The position numbers and the translations under genes are program-made. From NCBI GenBank assembly GCA_963726455.1, contig CAVSCK010000004.1, positions 1,088,001-1,152,000 of the forward strand: a DNA stretch of 64,000 nt, given 5' to 3'. This stretch comes from an uncultured bacterium (GTDB lineage Bacteria; Zixibacteria; MSB-5A5; CAIYYT01). Under the pieces are notes generated by a model. The model saw only the letters and a program-made list of their open reading frames with translations, did no database searches and was not told where the DNA came from. Numbering within the stretch: the stretch's first letter is position 1; each line of letters starts with the position of its first letter. Below, piece after piece: positions 49,832-59,085 of the stretch.

Positions 49832-51463
49832 TTATGCGTTTGGCTGCATATGCTTCCTTGACGCGTCCATCAATGCATTGAGCAGTTCAGCAGTATTGAA
49901 GTCGTTTTCGATGGCGTAAGCCATTGTCTTCTTAAGTTCTGAGCGCAGCAAAGCGCTCAAGGGCATTGTTCCAACGTTATCGCTCATGACACTCAACGCA
50001 AACTCTTCATTCTCCTTCGATGCTGCATTCCGTATGACGCCCTCAAACTCGCGGTCGTCCTTGCACAGATGGTCAAGGCAGAGATTGTCGTTATCCTCCA
50101 CGTCGACAATCCACATCCATTTGTGGTCGGGCGGGTATCGGCCCGGGACAGTGTCTTTGTCCTTGATGTAGCGGGCAACAAAGGCATCGCCGACGGAGGC
50201 AAATAGCGGGGATTTGTGGATGTGGGCGTTCTTCAAAAAGGAATGCAATTGTCTTTCATGCAACACTTTGTTCAGGATGAAGCCGTCGTAATCATCTCGG
50301 TCCTCGATTCCGTCCTGCACAAGTCTGGTAAGCGTTGCCGCAACAGCAGACGGATTGATCAACTCCAGCACTTCACACAATCCCTGCCATCGCCAGTCTT
50401 CTATTCCATCAAATGTAGTTGGGTTCTCGATTTCTGAAAGGACAGCGGCAGCTATATCGTTACTTTCCCGAACTAAATCGGCACACTTGTAAGCCGGAAG
50501 TGCACACAAGAGAGAAAGAAGCCCGAACGTGTTCTGACTCCGCAGTGCTATTTCGAGTGCGGCCTCACAGACCGCATCACCCATCCGAGGTGATCGGTGC
50601 ACAAATACTTCGATTAAGCTATGCCAATCCTCCAGGACAGTTTCCCTTCCCCCCGTTATGGGGATTCCCCAACCATTTTCCATAAAATAGTGAACGGAAA
50701 CCAATGTGGCGGCCACAAAAGATCTGACTAGGTTGTCGTCAATGTCCTCGCCGAGCAACTCCACGAAACACTCTCCTATCCAGGGAATGACGAAAGGGTC
50801 GCCTTGCTCCGCCGCGTATTCAAGCGCATTCCGAATACAGCCCTTGACGCTTTCGGGATCTGCACCATAAAGTAATTTAAGGACGTCCTGAAATCGCGGG
50901 GGAGGTTTATGCCGATAACACGTTGCCAAAGTAGTGTGCGACTGACCCAGACCCACCAGTTTACCCAAGTATTTCTTCTCAATAAGCCAATGTAACCAAC
51001 GACTATAGACTGAGAGCAATCGAGTACGGAACTCGGGGTCGTCGGCCGTAGGAATTGGTTCGCCGAGCCATTCTGAAAAAAAGCTGACAAACTCCGGCAG
51101 TTGCTGGGCAAACTCCACCCTCTCGGGCGATTGATCCATAGTCGATTCACAGGACGCAGTCTCTCCCATCTCTACGCGCTCTATATATTGTATATACTGC
51201 CGGACTAAGTCTGGTCTTCTCCGGGGAAACCCGCCATCCTCCGTTGACTTTGCCAGTCGGGGATACTTAAGATGCAGTATTGCATCATCGCTGCCTCGAT
51301 CCTTGCGTTCACTCACATCTCGAAAGTGCCCATCCCGATAATAGACGCACCAAATCGGAAACAACCGCGCAATGCGCAACAATAGGTGCTTCAAATCCGA
51401 TACCTGCTCTATGCATCTCAGCTTCCCTATTGAAAGCTCCCAGTAGCCACCGAACTCATGCAT
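49832..51463 (-). CDS. Hypothetical helical protein, in frame with the upstream NACHT ORF across a single TAG
   Basis: 543-aa ORF with no recognised family. Its ATG lies 3 codons after the TAG of 51473-53665 in the same frame. Confidence 0.65.
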   Translation of the reverse strand: MHEFGGYWELSIGKLRCIEQVSDLKHLLLRIARLFPIWCVYYRDGHFRDVSERKDRGSDDAILHLKYPRLAKSTEDGGFPRRRPDLVRQYIQYIERVEMGETASCESTMDQSPERVEFAQQLPEFVSFFSEWLGEPIPTADDPEFRTRLLSVYSRWLHWLIEKKYLGKLVGLGQSHTTLATCYRHKPPPRFQDVLKLLYGADPESVKGCIRNALEYAAEQGDPFVIPWIGECFVELLGEDIDDNLVRSFVAATLVSVHYFMENGWGIPITGGRETVLEDWHSLIEVFVHRSPRMGDAVCEAALEIALRSQNTFGLLSLLCALPAYKCADLVRESNDIAAAVLSEIENPTTFDGIEDWRWQGLCEVLELINPSAVAATLTRLVQDGIEDRDDYDGFILNKVLHERQLHSFLKNAHIHKSPLFASVGDAFVARYIKDKDTVPGRYPPDHKWMWIVDVEDNDNLCLDHLCKDDREFEGVIRNAASKENEEFALSVMSDNVGTMPLSALLRSELKKTMAYAIENDFNTAELLNALMDASRKHMQPNA

Positions 51464-51472
51464 ATTGTGTCC

Positions 51473-53665
51473 CTAATAATCCAGAAATCCTTTAAACACA
51501 ATTCGAGTGCCGTCATCCAGGGCGAGAAGATCTTCCGGCTCCCTCGGAGTCCAATAGCACTGATATCTGTATACTTCCGTGTCCAACAGGATCTTGTCAA
51601 GGAACTCCCACTCCTCCGCCTCCTCGATGTGATGTTGTATGTGACAGAAGAAATAAGCGTCCAACCGGCCGTATTCGCCCTTATCGATAATGGCTTCATA
51701 GTATCTGATTATCAGCCTGTTTGCTTCTTTGAGTTCGTCGCCATACTCGGTCCTGATGAACTCTTGAAGCGACAGATGGAAGAGGCGGTAGCCGTCATGT
51801 TCGCCTCCTTGCTTGAGTAGCTCCTGCATCAACTCCAACGCCTGCCGAATTTGCGCGATTTCTCTACCGCAGAAATTGGACAATTGTTCTCGATTGAGAG
51901 GCGTTCGTGCTACACAGATAAGCTTGAGTATCGTGAAGCCTACGGTGCGCCAGCCAATTCCCTCATGGTTAAATCTATCCTTCATTCGGAGATCTAGAAT
52001 TGACTTGTAGTATGCCTCCAGCCCCCTTGGGAGACTGCCAAGATTTTCTTTCGTCAATAGCCCTAGTTGCACGTCCCGAATAACCATGACAAGGAATAGA
52101 AAGTAGCCGTCAGTCTTCTCGATGAGTTCCTTAACAGACTCGTCGTTCCAGCCTAGGCGTCCAAGCCGACACCGGGCAAAGTTGAACAAGTCAGCGCGGT
52201 GGCACGCGTCTCTCTCCAGTTGCAGGCGTCTATCGGGTTTCTGAAGATTCTCCAACTCGGCAATGTCGCGGCTGGTGATAACTAGTCTGATGTTGGGAAT
52301 TCCCCTTAGTGAATTGACGGCTTCCACGAATTGCTTGATTTCCTCGGGTTTCAATTCATCGACGCCATCGATGAAGATGGGGATTGGCTTCTCCCAGTAG
52401 TCGGCATCAGCGCGGCAAATCTGGTCGAACAGGAGTTGCAGACGATGGACCGATTTCTGCGGTTCTGATTGCGGTTCCTCGTCTCTGTTAGAGCGCAGCT
52501 TAACAGTTGCCCCTTGCTGCAGTTCTTGCTCAATGTGTCGCAGGCATGCGAACACGGTGTTTCTCATCGTATTGTTGTGTGTGATGAAGAACTGCGATGA
52601 AACGGATAGGAGTTGTCCTTTTGGGTCGTATTGCTTCGCCAAGTCGGGAAACTTCTTCATGAAGGCGGACTTGCCGACACCGGGTTGTCCGACAATCAGG
52701 AACAACGATTGGCCGCGTGACTCGATGAAGGTCTTGACGCCCTTAAAAAGCCACTCTCTGCCCGAGAAGTCGCGGATCGCTTCCTCGTAGTCCCCGAATG
52801 AATCGAGAACAACTCTTCTCTGCCCTTCCACGAGGGGTCCGAGCTTGTCTTTCAGCGCAGCGACAATTCGTATCGCAAGTTTGTCTTCGTCTGACGTCGC
52901 AAATTCGCGCTTCTCTTTCGTCATAGCCCCAACGTACGTGGTACGTCTGTTAGCATCTTCAATATTCGAGATGTCATTCAGATTCAGGGCAACCGTATGA
53001 CTCGACGAATCGATCAGGATAAACGGCCATAGCGGTAGATACTTTGTGCTGTCAGTGTAAAGTGCAGCGGAATCGTCTCTAAGTTCTTCCGGCACGGACG
53101 CAACGCCGGAAAGCGAGATTTCGCGGCCATTGTTTGTTGTCCCCATCAATGGAAACTCTCTGAAAAGTCGCAAATCCTCTATTGCCTTCGTGACAGTCTC
53201 CGAGTGCTTGTTAAAAAGAGCCAGCGCGGATTCTTCGTCGATACTCCCGCCATGCCGGCCGATGGAGTCCTTGTTGAAAGAACCTACCACATCCAGAACA
53301 TTGGAGCGCGGTGCATACAGGAACATTTTGTACAGACGTTGCGATTCTGAATCAGCCCTGAAAGATCTCAGGTATTCAATACTCTTGCCTATTGTGGGTT
53401 TGGAGAGCAGATAGTTCCGGAATTGAATCTGGCACTCTCGCTCAGACGAGCAATTGTTCTCCAGTTGCTCCGCAGAAAGATAAATTACGAGGAACTTCAG
53501 CGTCTGCTCGACAAATGTGTTTAGCTCTGAGATAGATTGGCGTTTATCATCTTCGCACGCTTCTTCATAGAATCGTTTATAGATTAGCGCCAGCTTACGC
53601 GGGAAGTCGTTGATGATAATCTTGCTACAATAGGGCTGCGGGGTGCGATTGTGATTGCCGGGCAG
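51473..53665 (-). CDS. NACHT/STAND-class P-loop ATPase with an N-terminal HEPN-like helical domain
   Basis: FSGREWL, Walker A GQPGVGKS, Walker B IFIDGVDE, VITSR, DGYFL, LPRGL..YY and YRLFHLSL. The frame stays open upstream of ATG 53326 to a CTG at 53665 preceded by GAGGGAGG. Confidence 0.8.
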   Translation of the reverse strand: MPGNHNRTPQPYCSKIIINDFPRKLALIYKRFYEEACEDDKRQSISELNTFVEQTLKFLVIYLSAEQLENNCSSERECQIQFRNYLLSKPTIGKSIEYLRSFRADSESQRLYKMFLYAPRSNVLDVVGSFNKDSIGRHGGSIDEESALALFNKHSETVTKAIEDLRLFREFPLMGTTNNGREISLSGVASVPEELRDDSAALYTDSTKYLPLWPFILIDSSSHTVALNLNDISNIEDANRRTTYVGAMTKEKREFATSDEDKLAIRIVAALKDKLGPLVEGQRRVVLDSFGDYEEAIRDFSGREWLFKGVKTFIESRGQSLFLIVGQPGVGKSAFMKKFPDLAKQYDPKGQLLSVSSQFFITHNNTMRNTVFACLRHIEQELQQGATVKLRSNRDEEPQSEPQKSVHRLQLLFDQICRADADYWEKPIPIFIDGVDELKPEEIKQFVEAVNSLRGIPNIRLVITSRDIAELENLQKPDRRLQLERDACHRADLFNFARCRLGRLGWNDESVKELIEKTDGYFLFLVMVIRDVQLGLLTKENLGSLPRGLEAYYKSILDLRMKDRFNHEGIGWRTVGFTILKLICVARTPLNREQLSNFCGREIAQIRQALELMQELLKQGGEHDGYRLFHLSLQEFIRTEYGDELKEANRLIIRYYEAIIDKGEYGRLDAYFFCHIQHHIEEAEEWEFLDKILLDTEVYRYQCYWTPREPEDLLALDDGTRIVFKGFLDY

Positions 53666-53701
53666 AAGACCTCCCTCGGAGTATGCTATGTCAACTGCCG
53701 C

Positions 53702-53729
53702 AGTATAGTAAGATCGAGCCGTTTGTCAA
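53702..53729 (-). promoter_or_regulatory. Sigma70-type promoter for the NACHT locus
   Basis: TTGACA-N16-TATACT on the minus strand, about 37 nt upstream of the CTG. Confidence 0.6.
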
Positions 53730-53745
53730 GAGCCGCGGCGCGTTG

Positions 53746-54165
53746 TTACACCAGCTTCTCGCTCGCCCTCTTCTTGGCGACGGCTCCTCTGACGTATTCG
53801 ACGATTTCGATTGTCGAGGTACCCGGCCCATACAGTTTGCTGATGCCGCTGCTCTCGAGTCTCTTGATTTCGTCCTCGGACATGATACCGCCGCCGAACA
53901 AGATCATGTCACCGCAGTTGCGTTCCTGCATCAGCTTGTATATCGCCGGAAATAAGGTCATATGCGCGCCGGACAGAATCGACACGCCGACCGCATCGAC
54001 GTCCTCTTGCAAGGCCGCCTCGACGATCATCTCCGGCGTTTGCCGCAACCCGGTATAAATCACTTCGAATCCGGCATCACGAAACGCCGCCGCAATCACC
54101 TTGATACCGCGATCGTGGCCGTCCAGACCGGCTTTCGCCAACAAAATCCTTATCTTGTCGCTCAT
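53746..54165 (-). CDS. icmB: Cobalamin-binding small subunit of an acyl-CoA mutase
   Basis: GLDGHDRG (DxHxxG), SILSGAH and GGGI motifs. Confidence 0.88.
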   Translation of the reverse strand: MSDKIRILLAKAGLDGHDRGIKVIAAAFRDAGFEVIYTGLRQTPEMIVEAALQEDVDAVGVSILSGAHMTLFPAIYKLMQERNCGDMILFGGGIMSEDEIKRLESSGISKLYGPGTSTIEIVEYVRGAVAKKRASEKLV

Positions 54166-54201
54166 ATATCTCTCAATCTCTCAATTATACTTTCAGTTCA
54201 A

Positions 54202-54233
54202 TTCCCCTCTTGAGAGGGGACCAATGGGTGTGT
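54202..54233. repeat. Dispersed 32-bp palindromic REP-like repeat, copy 2
   Basis: TTCCCCTCTTGAGAGGGGACCAATGGGTGTGT, 30/32 identical to 24315-24346. Confidence 0.75.
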
Positions 54234-54240
54234 CTTCTGC

Positions 54241-55935
54241 TCACAAAATCGGCGGTTCCACGTACTCGCCGTAAACATCCTTCATCGCGTCACAGATCTC
54301 GCCCATCGTCGCATACTGCCTGACGCAATCTATAATGAAAGGCATCGTATTCTTGTCATCGCGACAGGCTTGCCTCAGGTCCTCCAACGTCCGCGACACT
54401 TTATCGTTGTCGCGAATTGTTTTGGCCTTCTTGATTGACTGCTTCTGCAACTCGGCCACCGACTCATCTATCTTCAGGATAGGAATATCAATCTGCTCAT
54501 TTTCCAGCACGTACCCGTTGACACCAACGATGATTCGTTCCTTGTTGTCGATTTCTTGTTGATAGACATAGGCCGCTTTGGCAATCTCGCGCTGCAGATA
54601 ACCCTCTTCGATACACTGCATTACGCCGCCGCGACGGTCGATCTCGGCAAAATACGCCTCGCACTCCTCTTCCATACGATTCGTCAACGCCTCGACATAG
54701 TATGACCCCGCCAGCGGATCGATCGAATTGATGACCCCTGTCTCTTCAGCCAGAATCTGCTGCGTTCGCAGCGCCAAAAGCGCGGCCTTGTCCGACGGCA
54801 ACGCCAGGGTTTCATCCATCGAGTTCGTGTGCAAAGACTGCGTGCCACCCAGAACCGCCGACATGCCCTCGTAGGCAGTGCGAATCAGATTCAGTTCCGG
54901 CTGCTGCGCATTGAGCGAGCAACCCGCCGTCTGGGTATGGAATCGCAACATCCACGAGCGCGGTTGTTTGGCGCCATATTTATAGCGCATCCGCTTGGCA
55001 TAAATTCTCCGTGCCGCACGATACTTGGCGATTTCCTCGAAGAAATCCATGTGTGCATTGAAAAAGAACGACAGCCGCTGCGCGAATTCATCCACATCCA
55101 ACCCGCGTTCGATTGACTTTTCGATGTAAGTAAATCCGTCCGCAAGCGTGAACGCCAGTTCCTGCACCGCAGTGGAACCCGCCTCGCGAATGTGATAGCC
55201 CGATATTGAAATCGTATTCCATTCCGGCATCTGTCGCGTGCCGAATTCGATCGTATCGACAATCAGCTTGACCGATGGTTCAGGGGGATAGATCCACTCT
55301 TTCTGAGCAATGTATTCTTTGAGAATGTCGTTTTGCAGCGTTCCGCGCAGCTTGTTGGGCGGTACGCCCTGCTTTTCGGCTACCACGATGTACATCGCCA
55401 ACAGCACCGGCGCGGGCGCATTGATCGTCATCGACGTTGAAATCTTGCCGAGATCGATTCCGTGAAAAATCTTTTCCATGTCCAGCAGCGTATCAACCGC
55501 GACACCGCACTTGCCAACTTCTCCCAATGACCGAGGATGGTCGGAGTCGTAACCCATCAGCGTCGGCAGGTCGAATGCCACCGACAGTCCATGCTGTCCC
55601 TGGCTCAACAGGAAATGATAGCGCTGGTTCGTCTGCTCCGGTGTTCCCATTCCCGAAAACTGCCGCATCGTCCACGGCTTGCCACGATACATTGAGGGAT
55701 GCACGCCGCGCGTGTAGGGATATTGCCCCGGAAATCCGATATCGTTGAGGAAATCAATATTCATAACGTCCTCTGGAGTATAGAGCGGCTTGATTGGCGC
55801 CGATGAGACGGTGACATATTTCTTGGATTTATTCGTAGTCGCTTCGGCCGCCGCCTTCCATTCGGCATAGGCCTTCTTCAGCGCCTCCGTAAATTGCTGT
55901 TCGGAGATCACCCGTTTATTCTCGATCTCAGTCAT
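54241..55935 (-). CDS. icmA: Acyl-CoA mutase large subunit, isobutyryl-CoA mutase type
   Basis: PYTRG, WTMRQF, LSVAFDLPT, GTLQNDILKEYIAQKEW, SGYHIREAG and QSLHTN motifs. F/Q specificity residues. Confidence 0.85.
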   Translation of the reverse strand: MTEIENKRVISEQQFTEALKKAYAEWKAAAEATTNKSKKYVTVSSAPIKPLYTPEDVMNIDFLNDIGFPGQYPYTRGVHPSMYRGKPWTMRQFSGMGTPEQTNQRYHFLLSQGQHGLSVAFDLPTLMGYDSDHPRSLGEVGKCGVAVDTLLDMEKIFHGIDLGKISTSMTINAPAPVLLAMYIVVAEKQGVPPNKLRGTLQNDILKEYIAQKEWIYPPEPSVKLIVDTIEFGTRQMPEWNTISISGYHIREAGSTAVQELAFTLADGFTYIEKSIERGLDVDEFAQRLSFFFNAHMDFFEEIAKYRAARRIYAKRMRYKYGAKQPRSWMLRFHTQTAGCSLNAQQPELNLIRTAYEGMSAVLGGTQSLHTNSMDETLALPSDKAALLALRTQQILAEETGVINSIDPLAGSYYVEALTNRMEEECEAYFAEIDRRGGVMQCIEEGYLQREIAKAAYVYQQEIDNKERIIVGVNGYVLENEQIDIPILKIDESVAELQKQSIKKAKTIRDNDKVSRTLEDLRQACRDDKNTMPFIIDCVRQYATMGEICDAMKDVYGEYVEPPIL

Positions 55936-55966
55936 CTATCGTCTCCCTTCCTAATCATCAAACAAA

Positions 55967-56935
55967 TCAGCAGGCGTCTGTGCCCGACACATCAATTCGG
56001 CGAAAATAGCGGTCAAAGATCATCTCCGCGGCGCCGTACAGATCGAGTTCACCCTGCGCCATCATACGGCTGACTTCGGCAAACTGTCCGTCAATTTCTA
56101 TTGCTTCCTCGAGCTGTTTGACCACGCGATCACGCACGGCATGAACGATTTCCGCCTTGAGTTGGCTGACTCGGCGTCGCTCCAATTCGCCGGAACCGGT
56201 TACCGCGCTACGATGCTGGGCAATCGCTTCCGACAATTTATCTACACCTTCGCCGCTGACTCCGTTTGTACCGACCGCTCGAATCTCCGACGTGCCACCG
56301 AGACGTCCTTCATGTATCAGACTGTTCAGCAATGCTATCAGTCGGTCGGCGCCCGGCCGGTCAATCTTGTTCACGCAGAACACGTCGGCAATTTCCATCA
56401 ATCCGGCCTTCATCGTCTGAATCATATCGCCCGATTCCGGTACCAGCACCACCACTACCGTGTCGCACGCTTCGACTATATCCAGTTCCACCTGCCCGAT
56501 ACCCACCGTCTCGATCAAGATCAGATCCATTCCGAAGGCGTCCAGCACCTTGATCACATCACGCGTTGCCGCGGCCAACCCGCCCGATTCACCGCGCGAT
56601 GCCATGCTGCGGATAAACACATTGTCGCGATTGGACAGATGCTGCATACGGATTCTGTCACCCAAGAGCGCCCCACCTGTAAACGGAGACGACGGGTCCA
56701 CTGCCACCACGCCGACCTTCAACCCCTGCTGCGCGTACCGCAAAACCAGCGAATCAACCAGCGTGGACTTGCCCGATCCCGGCGGACCGGTCACACCGAT
56801 GCGATAGCCGTGCCGTTCCAGCCGCGAGATATTGGCCAACAGCGACCGATATCCTTCGCGACGATTTTCAATGTGGGTGATTACTCGAGCCAGCGCACGC
56901 CTGTCCCCGCGGACAAAGTCGTCAAAGACAGACAT
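55967..56935 (-). CDS. meaB: MeaB/ArgK GTPase chaperone
   Basis: GPPGSGKST, DPSSPFTGGALLGDRIRM, ETVGIGQ, KAGLMEIAD and NKID motifs. Confidence 0.93.
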   Translation of the reverse strand: MSVFDDFVRGDRRALARVITHIENRREGYRSLLANISRLERHGYRIGVTGPPGSGKSTLVDSLVLRYAQQGLKVGVVAVDPSSPFTGGALLGDRIRMQHLSNRDNVFIRSMASRGESGGLAAATRDVIKVLDAFGMDLILIETVGIGQVELDIVEACDTVVVVLVPESGDMIQTMKAGLMEIADVFCVNKIDRPGADRLIALLNSLIHEGRLGGTSEIRAVGTNGVSGEGVDKLSEAIAQHRSAVTGSGELERRRVSQLKAEIVHAVRDRVVKQLEEAIEIDGQFAEVSRMMAQGELDLYGAAEMIFDRYFRRIDVSGTDAC

Positions 56936-56938
56936 CGA

Positions 56939-58662
56939 TCAGCTCCAACGGATGTCTTTCACGCGAAGCTGAATCTTGGTCACACCGTTGTGGACGTTCT
57001 TTTCGATGACATAGGCCATATCGAAATCAAGCCCCTGGATGGATAAGTTGCTCCGCAAAGTCGCCGAAACCGAATCCGATCACGTCAAATACCTTCTGAC
57101 CGGACCGTACACGCATCCTCAGGTGATTCTTGCCAACCACCTGCGGCTGCCCGACCACTTCCAGGTTGCGGGTAACAAAGACCGGCTTCATATTTTCCGG
57201 TCCGAACGGCGCGAACCGTTCCAGCATCTTGACCATCTCAAAATCGATGTCGTCCAGATCAAGTTCGGCGTCGATCTGCAGTTTACGAACCAGGTCGTCC
57301 GGCTGCAGCTTAGAGGCCGCTACGGCGGAAAAGCGCTCACGGAACTTCTTGATATTCTCCGGCGCAATCGAAAGCCCGGCGGCATACTTATGCCCACCGT
57401 ATCTCAACAGCAGGTCCTCGCAACTCTTGAGCGCATCATGCAGATGGAATCCCGGAATCGATCTGCCGGAACCCTTGCCCTCATCGTTATCAACTGCAAT
57501 CAAGACCGTCGGCAAATAGAACCGCTCTACCAGTCGCGAGGCCACAATCCCGATTACTCCCTGATGCCATCCCGACGAATACAACACGATCGCTTTGTCA
57601 TTTTCCAAATCCACCGAATGCTCGATTTGTTGCAGCGCTTCTTCCAGCGTGCTCTCATCAATCGACTTGCGGCGCTGATTTTCGACTTCGAGGAACTTCG
57701 CAATCGTGCTCGCCGTCGCCGTGTCCTTGGTCGTAAGCAGTTTGATGGCTTTCTCGGCGCCACCCAATCTGCCGACCGCATTGATTCGCGGCGCCAGAAT
57801 GAATACGATCTGGCTCGTCGTGATCTCTTTGCCCATCAGGTCGCATTCGAACACCAGCGATTTCAGTCCCGGTTTGGACGACCGCAAGATCTGGTTGATT
57901 CCGAAATGCGTCAGAACACGATTCTCGGCGACTAACGGCACGACGTCCGCCGACGTGCCCAGCGCTACCAGATCCAGATGCTCATCCAGTTCCGCTTCAT
58001 CCTGCCCCAGCTTCCGATATAACCCTTGCGCAAATTTGTACGCCACGCCCACGCCGGACAACTCCCGGCCAACGGCATGATCGCCTTTGATCTTCGGGTT
58101 GACTACTGCCGCTGCCAACGGCAACGTTTCTCCCGGTTCATGATGGTCGGTGATAATGCAATCGATAAACTTTTCCTTGGCGTACTCCACTTCCCGATTC
58201 GCAGTAATACCTGTATCAACCGAAATGATCAGCGACGCTTTCTTCTTCTCGGCTTCGAGAATCCCTTCTTCCGACAGGCCATATCCTTCGACCAGCCGGT
58301 TGGGAAGATAGTAATGCACGTTGGAACCGAGTTTGTTAAGCACGAGAAACATCAGCGATGCGGCTGTGATGCCGTCCACGTCGTAATCGCCGTAGATCAT
58401 CACCGTCTCGTTTTCGCGTAATGCCTGGAGCGTCCGTTCGACCGCTACTCTCCATGCCGGGAATCAGAAACGGATCGCAGAGATCGGTCATGCTCGGATT
58501 TATGAACTTGTCGATCTCCTGAGAACTCGATAGTCCCCGATTGACCAAAATCTTCACGATCAACGGCGGAAGGTCCACTTCCTTGGAAATCTGCTCTACC
58601 ACCCGGTAGTCCGGATCGGGCGCTACCACCCAGCGCATTTTCACACGGCTCTTCAAGATCAA
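56939..58662 (-). CDS. recJ: ssDNA exonuclease RecJ, with two frameshifts (probably assembly indels)
   Basis: ILVNRG..DPFL, YGDYDVDG, TDHH, PRINAVGR, GGHKYAAG and PFGPEN. The C-terminal KIQLRVKDIR is in a shifted frame. Confidence 0.92.
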
Positions 58663-58685
58663 TCAATACCTCTTCAAACAAAAAT

Positions 58686-59052
58686 TCCGAAGCAGTCCAT
58701 AAGCCGAGTTCTGTCGAGGCCTAGGGCCCTGCAGCCATTCATCTAGGATTCGGCTTGCGTCGAATCTCAAGCAACCTACCCGGGAGTACTAGCGAGTCTG
58801 AGCAGCTCTTCTCCCCTATTTGGTCTTGCTTCGGATAGGGTTTGCCGGTCCGATGAAATTACTTCCATCGCCGGTGGTCTCTTACACCACCATTTCACCC
58901 TTACCTTTGAGCTTTCGCCCAAAGGCGGTATGCTTTCTGTTGCACTTTCCGTCGGATTGCTCCGCCCTCCCGTTAGGAGGTATCCTGCTCAGTGAAGCTC
59001 GGACTTTCCTCATCCAACTTTCGCTGGACGCGGCTGCGTGGCCTGCTTCGGA
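58686..59052 (-). ncRNA. rnpB: RNase P RNA (bacterial type A)
   Basis: The minus strand has GAGGAAAGTCCGAGC near the 5' end, AGTGCAACAGAAA, and ACAGAACTCGGCTTAT near the 3' end. P1 is TCCGAAGCAG/CTGCTTCGGA. Confidence 0.95.
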
Positions 59053-59085
59053 ATATATATGACTCAAAAACTACTCCCTAAACCA

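Noticed and set aside
49747-53698. 8-bp direct repeat TCAACTGC on both sides of the NACHT locus as a target-site duplication
   Set aside because: It is short enough to arise by chance, the left copy overlaps the -35 of the acyl-CoA dehydrogenase promoter, and no integrase or transposase is present.
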